Of a DNA stretch of 64,000 bases, positions 1-9,671 are shown in pieces. A program made the position numbers and the translations under genes. The DNA is from Beijerinckiaceae bacterium (GTDB lineage Bacteria; Pseudomonadota; Alphaproteobacteria; Rhizobiales; Beijerinckiaceae): NCBI GenBank assembly GCA_021324915.1, contig JAJPIC010000015.1, forward strand, positions 11,102 to 75,101, in the 5' to 3' direction. The notes under the pieces are model-generated. The model had not been told where the DNA came from. It saw nothing but the letters and a program-made list of their open reading frames with translations, and did not search any database. Each line of letters starts with the position of its first letter. Position 1 is the stretch's first letter.

Positions 1-308
1 TAAGCCTCGTCGGGAGACTCTGAATAGCCGTGACCGGGATAATCCGGGGCATAAACGGAGAAATGTGCTGCGAGCGCAGGCAGCATCGGCGCAAAAATCT
101 TAAGCTGCGTTTTAAGCGTGTGAAGAAGCACGAGGGGCGCTCCCGCGCCAGTTGCGATATAATGCAGCCGCATCCCCTTTACGTCCGTGAAGAGGACCGG
201 AACTTCCGGCATATCTTTTGTCGGAATAGATTGAACGGCCAATCCCGTGTTCCCGCTGACCGAGCCGGTTTACGCCGGCGTTCCGACGCCAGAGTCGCGA
301 GATCGAGC

Positions 309-326
309 GGATGTTCAAGAACATCC
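309..326. promoter_or_regulatory. Perfect palindrome GGATGTTC-AA-GAACATCC, likely TetR operator
   Basis: Exact 8-bp inverted repeat 45 bp upstream of the TetR gene start; TetR regulators typically bind palindromes in their own upstream region. Confidence 0.6.
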
Positions 327-371
327 TTTTTCGTCGCGTAAGTTCCGTGATCTGTTCGAGGAGGCAGGCTC

Positions 372-962
372 GTGCCGCATGTACCTGAGCGCAAATTGGA
401 GACCCGCGCACAAATCCTGCGCAGCGCGCGACGATTGTTTAATAGAAAAGGCTTCGCTGAGGTCACGATCGACGAGATCATGAATGATGCGGGACTGACG
501 CGCGGCGGATTCTATCGTCACTTTAAAACGAAGGACGAGCTTTACAGCGAGGCTCTCCTCCAGTTCACCTGCAAGGATCCGCCGGAAACATGGCAGAGCA
601 AATATGTCGATCCATGTGCCAAGGGTGTGCCGCTCGCCCGCATGGTGGTCGAGGCCTATCTCTCCCGCGAACATTTGCTCGATCGCGACGGCCCCTGCCC
701 CACGGCCGGTCTTTCTTCGGACGTCTCGCGCAGCAGCTTGCGCGTGAAACAGGCGTTCCGGAAAGTTCTGGAATCGATGCTCGATGTCTTTGCCGGCAAC
801 ATGCACGGGGAAGACGCCCGCGAGCGCGCCCTCGCCTTGGTCGCGCTCTGCGTCGGGGCAATGGCGGTGGCACGCGCCGTCGACGATCCGGCGCTCGCCA
901 ATGCTTTCCGGAATGCTGCTCGCAAACACGTCTTTGCGAACTCCGGCTGGGAGGAAGGTTGA
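372..962 (+). CDS. TetR/AcrR family transcriptional regulator
   Basis: N-terminal HTH ARRLFNRKGFAEVTIDEIMNDAGLTRGGFYRHFKTKDEL; RBS GAGGAGG upstream of GTG. Confidence 0.92.
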   Translation: MPHVPERKLETRAQILRSARRLFNRKGFAEVTIDEIMNDAGLTRGGFYRHFKTKDELYSEALLQFTCKDPPETWQSKYVDPCAKGVPLARMVVEAYLSREHLLDRDGPCPTAGLSSDVSRSSLRVKQAFRKVLESMLDVFAGNMHGEDARERALALVALCVGAMAVARAVDDPALANAFRNAARKHVFANSGWEEG

Positions 963-1147
963 GCTGCCGCCTTGCTGTGCCGCGATGCGCCGTCCGAAAC
1001 CCGCGAGCTTTCGATTCAAAAACAAGATTAGAAGCGAACAGCAGCGCCGCTTCGAGACGCCGGGGCGGCGAGATGAATTGATGGAGCGGAACTCGGCGAG
1101 GCCGATGCGATGCCCTGCATAGGAGGCTCAAATGAATGGAGGCTCGA

Positions 1148-1897
1148 ATGAATATTGCCGGAAAGATCGTCCCTGCTCAGTCCGTCTTTCGCTCCGCTGA
1201 GGAGTGGGTCGGAAGATATGATTGGACGGCGCTATCGTCCGAGCTCGGCGCCTACGGTTGCGCTGTCATGGAGAAACTGCTCACGCCGGAAGAATGCAAA
1301 GAGATCGCGGAGCTCTATCTCCATGAGGAGCATTTCCGCAGCCAGATCCATATGGCCCGCCACGGCTTCGGCAAGGGCGAATACCGCTATTTCAAATATC
1401 CGCTTCCCGATCTCATTGCCGGACTGCGAACAGCTCTCTATCGACATTTGGCGCGCATCGCCAATGAATGGAACGCGCGGCTGCGGCTCGATCAGCATTA
1501 TCCGGCCGAGCACAGCGACTTCCTGAAACTCTGCCACGATGCCGGACAGAGCCGGCCGACGCCGTTGCTGCTCCAATACGCCGCCGGCGACTTCAACTGC
1601 CTGCATCAGGATCTCTATGGCGAACTCGCGTTCCCGATCCAGGTCGCAATCCTGCTTTCGGAGCCCGGCCGGGACTTTACCGGCGGCGAATTCGTGCTTA
1701 CCGAGCAACGCCCCCGTATGCAAAGCCGGGTTGAGGTCGTGCCGCTCCGGCAAGGTGATGCGGTCGCCTTCGCCGTTCACAATCGTCCCATTCAAGGTAC
1801 GAGCGGCAATTATCGCGTCAACCTGCGTCACGGCGTCAGCCGCATCCGATCAGGCCGGCGCCATACCCTCGGCATTATTTTTCACGACGCGCAGTGA
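1148..1897 (+). CDS. 2OG-Fe(II) oxygenase (DUF2086-like)
   Basis: HxD motif (LHQD), distal His (RHG) and terminal R (RHTLGIIFHDA); start at 1148 follows GGAGG (1136 is an in-frame alternative). Confidence 0.85.
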   Translation: MNIAGKIVPAQSVFRSAEEWVGRYDWTALSSELGAYGCAVMEKLLTPEECKEIAELYLHEEHFRSQIHMARHGFGKGEYRYFKYPLPDLIAGLRTALYRHLARIANEWNARLRLDQHYPAEHSDFLKLCHDAGQSRPTPLLLQYAAGDFNCLHQDLYGELAFPIQVAILLSEPGRDFTGGEFVLTEQRPRMQSRVEVVPLRQGDAVAFAVHNRPIQGTSGNYRVNLRHGVSRIRSGRRHTLGIIFHDAQ

Positions 1898-1970
1898 ACT
1901 CGCGCAATCCTTTCGCTCGCAATGACCGTCCTGCACCTATCGGCCGATAGGAGTGCCAAGGCCGCCGCGC

Positions 1971-2897
1971 TTACGGCGTAACATCGAGGCCCAGCATCAG
2001 GCCGAGGTTCTGGACCGCGGCGCCCGATGCGCCCTTACCCAGATTGTCGAGCTTGGCCACCAACACCGCGTGGCCCCGGGCCTCGTTGCCGAAAACCCGC
2101 AGTTCGAGGTTATTGCTGCCGTTGAGCGCTTGCGGCTCGACCCGCTCGGCGGAATCGGCCGGAACGATGCGGACGAACGGGCTCCCAGCATAATGCGCGG
2201 CGAGCGCGGCGGAAAGGTCCGCCGGCTTCGGCCGGGCGGGCAGTTCGTCAACGAAGAGCGGTATGGAAACGAGCATGCCCTGCGCGAATTTGCCGACGCT
2301 CGGCACGAAAATCGGCCGGCGCGCGAGCCTGCTGTACGTCATGATTTCGGGCACGTGCTTGTGCTCGAGACCGAGTGCGTAGAGCTCGAAGGGCGGCGCA
2401 TCTTCCGATTCGTAATAAGAAATGTAGCTGCGCCCGCGTCCCGTATAGCCCGAGACCGCGTTGATCGTGATCGGATAATCGGCCGAAACAAGCCCCGCAT
2501 CGACGAGCGGCCGCAAGAGCGCGATCGCACCCGTCGCATAACAGCCGGGATTGGAGACGCGCGTGGCGCTTCTGATCTTGTCGCCCTGCTCTTCGGCCAG
2601 TTCCGGAAAGCCGTAGACCCAGCCTTCCGCAACGCGATGCGCGCTCGAGGCGTCGAGAATGCGCGGGGCGGCATTGCCGAGGCCCGCGGCGAGCGTCACA
2701 GTCTCTTTGGCCGCCGCATCCGGCAGGCAGAGGATCACGAGATCCACCTGACGCAGCAGATCGGCTTTGGCAGCGGGATCTTTGCGCTGTTCCTCCGGTA
2801 GGCTCGCGAGCGCGATCTCCGGTATAGCAGCGAGCCGCTTGGCAATGCCAAGCCCGGTCGTGCCCGCTTGCCCGTCGATGAAAATACGTGCGCCCAT
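1971..2897 (-). CDS. argC: N-acetyl-gamma-glutamyl-phosphate reductase (type 2)
   Basis: [17 protein letters not shown] active-site Cys, [14 protein letters not shown]. Confidence 0.95.
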   Translation of the reverse strand: MGARIFIDGQAGTTGLGIAKRLAAIPEIALASLPEEQRKDPAAKADLLRQVDLVILCLPDAAAKETVTLAAGLGNAAPRILDASSAHRVAEGWVYGFPELAEEQGDKIRSATRVSNPGCYATGAIALLRPLVDAGLVSADYPITINAVSGYTGRGRSYISYYESEDAPPFELYALGLEHKHVPEIMTYSRLARRPIFVPSVGKFAQGMLVSIPLFVDELPARPKPADLSAALAAHYAGSPFVRIVPADSAERVEPQALNGSNNLELRVFGNEARGHAVLVAKLDNLGKGASGAAVQNLGLMLGLDVTP

Positions 2898-2915
2898 CGT
2901 GCCCGCTCAGAATTC

Positions 2916-2957
2916 TAAAGCGCGATGACGATCCGGCGTGAAATCGCATCGCGCCTT
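2916..2957. repeat. Intergenic imperfect palindrome (TAAAGCGCGATG...CATCGCGCCTT)
   Basis: Inverted repeat GCGCGATG/CATCGCGC between rpsI and argC; resembles short Hyphomicrobiales dispersed palindromic repeats. Confidence 0.5.
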
Positions 2958-2999
2958 GGGCTGACTTCCAGAGCCGCAGCGCGGCTGGCTGACAAATAA

Positions 3000-3476
3000 T
3001 CAGCGCTTCGAGAATTGGAAGCTGCGCCGGGCTTTTCTCTTGCCGTATTTTTTGCGTTCGACGACACGCGCGTCGCGGGTCAAGAAGCCCTCGTGCTTGA
3101 GGACGGGCCGCAGATCGGGCTCGTAATGAGTGAGCGCCTTGGCGAGGCCGTGGCGCACGGCGCCCGCCTGACCCGAAAGCCCGCCGCCGGCGACGCTGAC
3201 TGTTACGTCATATTGGCCGATTCTCTTCGCGACTCCGAGTGGCTGCTGGAGGATCATCCGCAGCACGGGACGCGCGAAATAAGTTTCGAGCGGCCGGTCA
3301 TTGACCGTGATCGTGCCTGTGCCGGGCTTGATCCAGACGCGGGCAACGGCGTCCTTGCGCTTGCCGGTCGCATAGGCGCGCCCATGCTGATCGAGCTTCT
3401 GAACGTGTACGGGCGCGGGCGCCGGCGCTGCCGTCACCGCCTTCAGATCCTGGAGCGAGGAAAGAGTATCGGACAT
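3000..3476 (-). CDS. rpsI: 30S ribosomal protein S9
   Basis: [27 protein letters not shown]-terminal [11 protein letters not shown]. Confidence 0.99.
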   Translation of the reverse strand: MSDTLSSLQDLKAVTAAPAPAPVHVQKLDQHGRAYATGKRKDAVARVWIKPGTGTITVNDRPLETYFARPVLRMILQQPLGVAKRIGQYDVTVSVAGGGLSGQAGAVRHGLAKALTHYEPDLRPVLKHEGFLTRDARVVERKKYGKRKARRSFQFSKR

Positions 3477-3943
3477 CAGCTTCTCGCATTCTTGCGATTG
3501 AGGCTCGCCACATCGAGCGGCGTCGGATTTTGCGCAGCGTGCGGATGTTCGGCGCCTTTATAGACGCGCAGATTGCCGAGCTGTTTGCGGCCGAGAGGCC
3601 CACGCGGCAGCATGCGTTCGACCGCTTTCTCGATGATCCGCTCCGGAAAGCGGCCTTCGAGGATGAACTTGGCCGAGCGTTCTTTGATGCCGCCCTGGAA
3701 GCCGCTGTAATGATGATAGACCTTGTCGTCGCGTTTGCGGCCGGTGAGAACAACTTTCTCGGCGTTGATCACGACGATATTGTCGCCGTCATCGACGTGC
3801 GGCGTGAAACTCGGCTTGTGCTTGCCCCGCAGTCTCAGCGCAATCAGCGAAGCGAGCCGGCCGACGACGAGGCCGGTGGCGTCGATCAAGACCCAGTTCT
3901 TCTTGATATCGGCCGTCTTGGTCGAGTGAGTCTTGGCAAACAT
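3476..3943 (-). CDS. rplM: 50S ribosomal protein L13
   Basis: [26 protein letters not shown]; overlaps rpsI start by 1 nt. Confidence 0.99.
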   Translation of the reverse strand: MFAKTHSTKTADIKKNWVLIDATGLVVGRLASLIALRLRGKHKPSFTPHVDDGDNIVVINAEKVVLTGRKRDDKVYHHYSGFQGGIKERSAKFILEGRFPERIIEKAVERMLPRGPLGRKQLGNLRVYKGAEHPHAAQNPTPLDVASLNRKNARS

Positions 3944-4051
3944 GGCTGCTACTCAGGATAAGGCGAGGCCGTGCTTCTAGCGGCGCGCACCGATTTCGTC
4001 AATCGGCAAAAGCAAAAAGGCCAAGGAAACAGGCCTATTATGCATGTGGTA

Positions 4052-5161
4052 TTATGATACCTTGAGAAGCCCCTGCTCTACCCTTTGCGAACCGCGGGAC
4101 AGAACCTGCAAATTGACGGCCGCAAGCGACAGCACGACCATGGCAAAGGCCTGATGCAGGAGCCCGGCCCAGAGGGGAACGACCAGAAGAAGGGTAACAA
4201 TTCCTAACGCCGCCTGGAGAATGACGATGAGCATAAAGCCGGTCGCCCGCCGCGCCGCGCCGCTTCCCGGCGAAAAGGCGATGAAACTGAGTGCCTGAAT
4301 GAACGCCAAAGCGAGCAGCGTATAGGCGACCATTCGGTGCTGAAACTGCACCATGGCGACATTGTCGGTGAAATTGCGCCAGAGCGGCATCAGCGACAAT
4401 AGGACATCTCCGGGTGGCGCGAATCCGCCGTCCATTTGCGGCCAGGTGTTATAGACTTTTCCGGCCCGCAGCCCGGCGACCAAAGCGCCGAGAAAGATCT
4501 GCGCAAACGTCGCGATCAGGATCAGAAGCCCGAAACCACGCTGCCAGAACGCCGTCGTCTCGGCCTTGCGGGTCGAGAGCGAGGTCGCAATCCAGATCAG
4601 CGCCGCGAATGTGAGCGATGCCAAAAGAAGATGGATTGCAAGGCGTTGCTGCGCCACTTCGATTCGATGAACGAGGCCGGACTCGACCATCCACCAGCCG
4701 ACGAATCCCTGAATACAGCCGAGAGCGAGGACGGCCGAAAGCTTCACCTTCAGCGCGGGCGTGAGCGCGCCGCGCAGCCAGAAGAAGACAAGCGGTGCTG
4801 CAAAGGCAAGACCGATCAGGCGCCCCAGCAGCCGATGGCTCCATTCCCAAAAGAAGATGAACTTGAACCCGTTGAGATCGAGCGTCGAAAAGAGCGCCCT
4901 ATATTGCGGGATCTGTTTATAGCGCTGGAATTCCGCCACCCAGGCAGCGTGATCGAGCGGCGGGAGCACGCCGCGGATCGGCTGCCATTCGGTAATCGAA
5001 AGACCGGATTCGGTCAGGCGCGTTGCGCCTCCGACAACGACCATAGCGAAGACGAGCGCCGCCACGCTCCAGAGCCAGATGCGAATGGCAGTGCGATGGA
5101 CGGCAATGCCGGTGGTGGATGCCGCAGGCGCGAGGGCGGATGGGAGCGTGGTCTCTGTCAT
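4052..5161 (-). CDS. ctaA: Heme A synthase (COX15/CtaA type 2)
   Basis: GGATRLTESGLSITEW, WEWSHR, QFQHR, multiple TM helices with heme His residues. Confidence 0.93.
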   Translation of the reverse strand: MTETTLPSALAPAASTTGIAVHRTAIRIWLWSVAALVFAMVVVGGATRLTESGLSITEWQPIRGVLPPLDHAAWVAEFQRYKQIPQYRALFSTLDLNGFKFIFFWEWSHRLLGRLIGLAFAAPLVFFWLRGALTPALKVKLSAVLALGCIQGFVGWWMVESGLVHRIEVAQQRLAIHLLLASLTFAALIWIATSLSTRKAETTAFWQRGFGLLILIATFAQIFLGALVAGLRAGKVYNTWPQMDGGFAPPGDVLLSLMPLWRNFTDNVAMVQFQHRMVAYTLLALAFIQALSFIAFSPGSGAARRATGFMLIVILQAALGIVTLLLVVPLWAGLLHQAFAMVVLSLAAVNLQVLSRGSQRVEQGLLKVS

Positions 5162-5250
5162 ACTGCTTCAAATTGTCGAATTGGCGAAAGAGCCCGATGC
5201 AACCGGCGCGATTTTTATCCCGCCCGGCTCTTGGTTTCTTTAGCTCTTTG

Positions 5251-5302
5251 TTTGAGCATGATCTTTTCGGAAAAGGTTCCTTCTTTTCCGGATCCTGCTC
5301 TA
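5251..5302. repeat. Dispersed palindromic repeat (GAGCATGATC...GATCCTGCTCTA)
   Basis: Imperfect hairpin with the same architecture as hairpin B of the 7976-8295 array. Confidence 0.65.
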
Positions 5303-5357
5303 TAGAGCCAAGGCTTGCCGCAAGTCCAGGCGCGGCCTGTCGCAGATTGGAGAGATC

Positions 5358-5564
5358 ATGGGCGGAAACCGGCGCAAATTTCTGGGCGCGGTCCTGATGC
5401 TCGCCTTCGTCATCGTCTATGCGCTGGTCGCCATGGCGCTTGCGCAAACAAAAGCCTTGCAGCAGGCCCCGGGCCTCGTTCAGGCCCTCTGCTACGGCCT
5501 CATCGGAATGGCCTGGATCCTGCCGGTGATGCCGCTCATCAAATGGATGGAGCGGCGGGATTGA
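5358..5564 (+). CDS. DUF2842-like small membrane protein
   Basis: 68 aa, two TM helices, RKFLG start and WILPVMPLIKWM end; RBS GGAGA. Confidence 0.85.
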   Translation: MGGNRRKFLGAVLMLAFVIVYALVAMALAQTKALQQAPGLVQALCYGLIGMAWILPVMPLIKWMERRD

Positions 5565-5581
5565 GCGCGCCTTGCGTCATG

Positions 5582-6628
5582 CTACGCAACCTTGCGTCCG
5601 CGGTTCCAGATCGCGAAGGGCACGCCGGAAAGCAGAATTTCGACGAAGTCGAGCGATTGCCAATTGCCGTTGATCGAAAGCCGCGGCAGCGCGGTCCGAC
5701 GCCGTGCGTGTTCTGGAAAAATCATTCCTGGCCGCGTCGTCACGGCGCTGGCAAAGCCCAGCTCGGCTGCGGCGGCGAATTCGCGTTCGCCCGCCGCAAT
5801 GCGGATCCCGACCGGATAGGCGAGATGTTCCGCGGGCCGCCCGATATGGGATTCGATCTCCTTGCGGCTTTGCGCGAGTTCGCGGCGCATGTCGGATTCG
5901 CTCAATTTGGAAAGGCGCGGATGCGTCAACGTATGGACGCCGATTGTGCAGAGATCATGCCGAGCCACCTCTTCAATCCCCGCCCAATCGAGGCAGAGGT
6001 CTTCGACGATGGTGGCCGAATTGACCCCCGCTTTCTGCGCGAGGTCGCCGATCACGTCGCGCAAAATATGTTCCGGCCCGTTGATCAGGCGGCGGTAGAT
6101 TGCCGCGAATGCGGCGTTCTTTTCTTCCGGCGTGGCGGTCGGCAATTCGAGCTTCTCGCCTAAAATCTCGATCTCGATCCGCTGCAAGAGACGGATCGAT
6201 TCTTCGAGGTCGATCCACCAAAGCGAAGCGCTGCGATCGGCGAAACCGGTCGTGACGAACATCGCAAAAGGTGCGCGATGCTTCTCGAGGATCGGGAGCG
6301 CAAAATCGCGCGTGTCCTTATAGCCGTCGTCGAAAGTGAGGACCGCAAAAGGCTGCTCCGTCTCGCTCGCCATCCTAGCGAGCGCTTCATCGAGGCTCAC
6401 GATCGAAAAGCCGAGCGCGCGAAGGCGGGTGAGAACCGCATCGAAAAATTCCGGCGTAATCTCAAGCAGCCGGTTCGGCGCAAAGCCGCGCTCAGCCCAA
6501 GGCCGTACTTGATGGAACATGAGGATCGCCCCTGCCCCACGCGTAAACGGGGATGCGAGACGATGCAGGCCTGTCATCTTGAAAAATGAAAAGCCGGAAG
6601 AAATCAGTCGATTTTTGGTGTCGATCAC
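5582..6628 (-). CDS. Polysaccharide deacetylase (CE4/NodB family)
   Basis: LTFDDGY, GVHTLTHPRL, AYPVG motifs; RBS GGAG before GTG. Confidence 0.92.
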   Translation of the reverse strand: MIDTKNRLISSGFSFFKMTGLHRLASPFTRGAGAILMFHQVRPWAERGFAPNRLLEITPEFFDAVLTRLRALGFSIVSLDEALARMASETEQPFAVLTFDDGYKDTRDFALPILEKHRAPFAMFVTTGFADRSASLWWIDLEESIRLLQRIEIEILGEKLELPTATPEEKNAAFAAIYRRLINGPEHILRDVIGDLAQKAGVNSATIVEDLCLDWAGIEEVARHDLCTIGVHTLTHPRLSKLSESDMRRELAQSRKEIESHIGRPAEHLAYPVGIRIAAGEREFAAAAELGFASAVTTRPGMIFPEHARRRTALPRLSINGNWQSLDFVEILLSGVPFAIWNRGRKVA

Positions 6629-6763
6629 GAGAGGACTCCACGGGGGCCTTCATCTTGGCAAGAGGTCGTTGACCTTTGGTTGATAAACCATGTTCATAAA
6701 GCCCGGCAGATTCGCAAAACTCGATGCGATAGGAATACGGCGGGGCCTCGATCCGGGTTCATC

Positions 6764-7978
6764 GTGTCGATCGTAACGGAATACGCTTCATCCGAAAGCT
6801 CGTGGCCTATTTCGACCGCGCCGCAGGTCGTCGCGGAGGTTCATCGCGACCTCGCCTCGGTCCGCGCCGCCTGGGCCGAACTCGAGGAGGTCGCGCCGGC
6901 TTCCGTTTATCAGACCCGCGCCTTTCTCATTCCCTGGCTCGAAACCATCGGGCGGGCGCGTAAGATCGAACCGTTTTTCATTGTTGCGCGAGACCGCCGC
7001 GGGCGCGTCATGGCGCTTCTGCCTTTCGGCATCGAGCGGCGCGGCCGTTGGCGGCGCGCCCTCTTTCTCGGCGGCAAGGAATCGAATTTCAACCTCGGCC
7101 TTTTCCGACCCGGCGTCGAACTGAGCGGCCAAGATTTGCGCATGCTCCTCTTGGCAGCAGCCAAAGCGCTCGGGCCCGATGCGCCGCATGTCTATTCGTT
7201 GAAGAACCAGCCGTTCGAATGGGAGGGCGTGCCAAATCCTTTCGCCCTCCTGCCGCATCGTTTGAGCCCGAGTTTCGCCTATGCGACAAGGCTCGGTACA
7301 AGCGCCGAGAGCTTTCTGGCCGCTAAGCTTTCGAAGAATGCGCGTCGGCGGCTGCGCAAGAAAGAGGCGCGGCTTGCCGAGATGGGGCCGCTCGCGCTGG
7401 CCGCCAGCGATTCTCCCGGCCTGCGCTTCAAGATCCTCGACGCATTTTTCAGCGAAAAGATCGCCCGCTGCGAAGAACAGGCAATTGACGCGGATTTTTC
7501 CAATCCGTCGGTCCGCGATTTCTTCGAGCGGCTGACGCGGCCTACGACCACGGCCTCGTCTTGGCTCGAACTTTATGCCCTGATGCTCGGCGATCGCGTG
7601 ATTGCAACCTATGCCGGCGCGGCGCATCGCGGTCAATTCAGCGCCATGGTCAATTCTTTCGATACGGATCCGGAAATAGCCAAGTCGAGCCCCGGCGATC
7701 TTCTGCTCATGAAGCTCATCGCCAGCCAATGCGAAAAGGGGATCGCGAAATTCGATCTCGGCATCGGCGAGGCACGCTACAAGAAGACCTATTGCGAAGA
7801 GGCTATACCTTTATTCGATGTCGTCATCGGCCTCGACGCCAGCGGCCAAGTCTATTCCGCCCTTTCCTCGCTGAGTTCGCGGCTCAAATCCACGACCAAA
7901 AGAAGTCCGCACCTCTTTGCGGCGTTGCGCGGAGGCAAACGTGTTGGCGCGCGCGTCTGGCGAGCGCTGAAGCGCTAG
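6764..7978 (+). CDS. GNAT acetyltransferase, CelD/BcsL/HfsK-like
   Basis: SPGDLLL...FDLGIGEARYK GNAT_6-type C-terminus; start uncertain (GTG 6764 chosen, ORF open from 6680). Confidence 0.85.
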   Translation: MSIVTEYASSESSWPISTAPQVVAEVHRDLASVRAAWAELEEVAPASVYQTRAFLIPWLETIGRARKIEPFFIVARDRRGRVMALLPFGIERRGRWRRALFLGGKESNFNLGLFRPGVELSGQDLRMLLLAAAKALGPDAPHVYSLKNQPFEWEGVPNPFALLPHRLSPSFAYATRLGTSAESFLAAKLSKNARRRLRKKEARLAEMGPLALAASDSPGLRFKILDAFFSEKIARCEEQAIDADFSNPSVRDFFERLTRPTTTASSWLELYALMLGDRVIATYAGAAHRGQFSAMVNSFDTDPEIAKSSPGDLLLMKLIASQCEKGIAKFDLGIGEARYKKTYCEEAIPLFDVVIGLDASGQVYSALSSLSSRLKSTTKRSPHLFAALRGGKRVGARVWRALKR

Positions 7979-8295
7979 ATCACGATGCTTTTGGATCGGA
8001 TCGATTAAAACATTTAGAGCGGGATTTGCGCGAAAAACCGGTATCCACTTTTTCGCATCCCGCATTAGATCACGATGCTTTTGGATCTATTCGATCCAAA
8101 AGCATGAACGTGATCGATTCTAAAGATTTAGAGCGGGATTTGCGCGAAAAACCGGTGTCCACTTTTTCGCATCCCGCATTAGATCACGATGTTTTTGGAT
8201 CGGACCGATCCAAAAGCATGAACGTGATCGATTCTAAAGATTTAGAGCGGGATTTGCGCGAAAAACCGGTGTCCACTTTTTCGCATCCCGCTCTA
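7976..8295. repeat. Tandem array of three composite double-hairpin units (90, 114 and 116 bp)
   Basis: Units start TAGATCACGATG at 7976, 8066 and 8180; each has hairpin A (ATGCTTTTGGATC-N-GATCCAAAAGCAT, truncated in unit 1) and hairpin B (TAGAGCGGGAT...ATCCCGC). Confidence 0.95.
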
Positions 8296-8359
8296 ATGTT
8301 TTACAGGTCCGGCGATCTGACTTAATAAGCCCCGCACATTCTCGATCGGCGAAAGATAC

Positions 8360-9229
8360 ATGGCCAAGGTCGCGTTTATCGGACTGGGCATCATGGGTTA
8401 TCCCATGGCGCGCCATTTGAAGGACAAGGGCCACAACGTCACGGTTTACAATCGCACGACTGCGCGAGCGCAAAAATGGGTCGCCGAAAATGGCGGTGCG
8501 CTCGCCAAGACGCCGCGCGCTGCGGCAGAAGGCCAGGACTTCGTCTTCTGCTGCGTCGGCAATGATGCCGATTTACGCTCCGTCACTTTGTTTGAAGAGG
8601 GCGCGTTCAAGGGCATGGCGCCCGGCGCTGTTTTCGTCGACCACACGACCGCTTCCGCCCTCGTGGCGCGCGAGCTTCACGCCGACGCGGAGAAGGGCGG
8701 CTTCGGCTTTATCGATGCGCCGGTCTCCGGCGGCCAGGCGGGGGCGGAGAACGTCACTCTGACGATCATGTGCGGCGGCGATAGCGAAGATTATTCCCGC
8801 ATCGCCCCCGTGATCGCGGCCTATGCCCGGGCGCAGCGGCTGATGGGGCCGTCGGGTTCCGGTCAGCTCACCAAAATGGTTAACCAGATCTGTATTGCCG
8901 GCCTCGTCCAGGCGCTCGCCGAAGGGCTGCATTTCGCCCGCCGCGCCGGCCTCGATGTCGAAGCCGTGGTCGACGTCATTTCCAAAGGCGCCGCGCAATC
9001 CTGGCAAATGGATAATCGCCACAAGACCATGCTCGCGGGCAAATTCGATTTCGGTTTCGCGGTCGATTGGATGCGCAAGGACCTCGCGATCTGCCTCGAC
9101 GAGGCGCGCCGCAACGGCGCGAGCCTGCCGGTCGCAGCCCTCATCGATCAATTCTATGCCGACGTCCAAAAGATGGGCGGCTCACGCTGGGATACGTCGA
9201 GCCTCATTGCGAGGCTCGAGAGCGAATAG
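8360..9229 (+). CDS. NAD(P)-dependent beta-hydroxyacid dehydrogenase (3-hydroxyisobutyrate/GlxR family)
   Basis: FIGLGIMG Rossmann fold, DAPVSGG, GSGQLTKMVNQ. Confidence 0.93.
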   Translation: MAKVAFIGLGIMGYPMARHLKDKGHNVTVYNRTTARAQKWVAENGGALAKTPRAAAEGQDFVFCCVGNDADLRSVTLFEEGAFKGMAPGAVFVDHTTASALVARELHADAEKGGFGFIDAPVSGGQAGAENVTLTIMCGGDSEDYSRIAPVIAAYARAQRLMGPSGSGQLTKMVNQICIAGLVQALAEGLHFARRAGLDVEAVVDVISKGAAQSWQMDNRHKTMLAGKFDFGFAVDWMRKDLAICLDEARRNGASLPVAALIDQFYADVQKMGGSRWDTSSLIARLESE

Positions 9230-9328
9230 AAATTAAGACCGCCACGATCCTCGCAGCCATTCGATTGACCGCTTTGCTGATCGCTGATTAGACTTTCGCT
9301 CCAATGAATAATCCGTGGGAGGTTATCC

Positions 9329-9574
9329 ATGAAGGCGATTGTCCTTGGCTTGTTGCTCTGCATCATCGGCGGCATGGCGTTTGCGCAGACGTCGACCTGT
9401 AAGTCTCGGGCGGCAGAGAAGAATTTGGCTGGAGCCGCGCTCACGAGCTTCATGAAGAAGTGCGAGAGAGACGCGAAGACGACTTGCGATTCCGCCGCCG
9501 CGGACAAAAAGCTGCACGGCGCCGCGAAGACGAGCTTCGAGAAGAAATGCGTCTCCGATGCGGTGGGCGGCTGA
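9329..9574 (+). CDS. PsiF-like small secreted protein
   Basis: Signal peptide plus two repeats of C-x3-AA-x-K-x-LxGAA-x-TSF-x-KKC; RBS GGAGG. Confidence 0.8.
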   Translation: MKAIVLGLLLCIIGGMAFAQTSTCKSRAAEKNLAGAALTSFMKKCERDAKTTCDSAAADKKLHGAAKTSFEKKCVSDAVGG

Positions 9575-9671
9575 CGCAAGAGCGTTCAGCCGCAGTTCAT
9601 CGGCCGCCTCTAACAACTGAAGCGTTGGATGAGCAGCGGCGATGTTCTACGCCTTTGATGAGGAGGGTCTC

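Noticed and set aside
7976-8295. CRISPR array (constant ~50-bp repeat with intervening sequences)
   Set aside because: The would-be spacers are near-identical hairpins, the repeat is too long, there is no leader and no cas gene in the window.
7561-8325. 254-aa ORF with 38-aa repeats
   Set aside because: Overlaps the GNAT gene out of frame and reads through the DNA repeat; no RBS or family motif.
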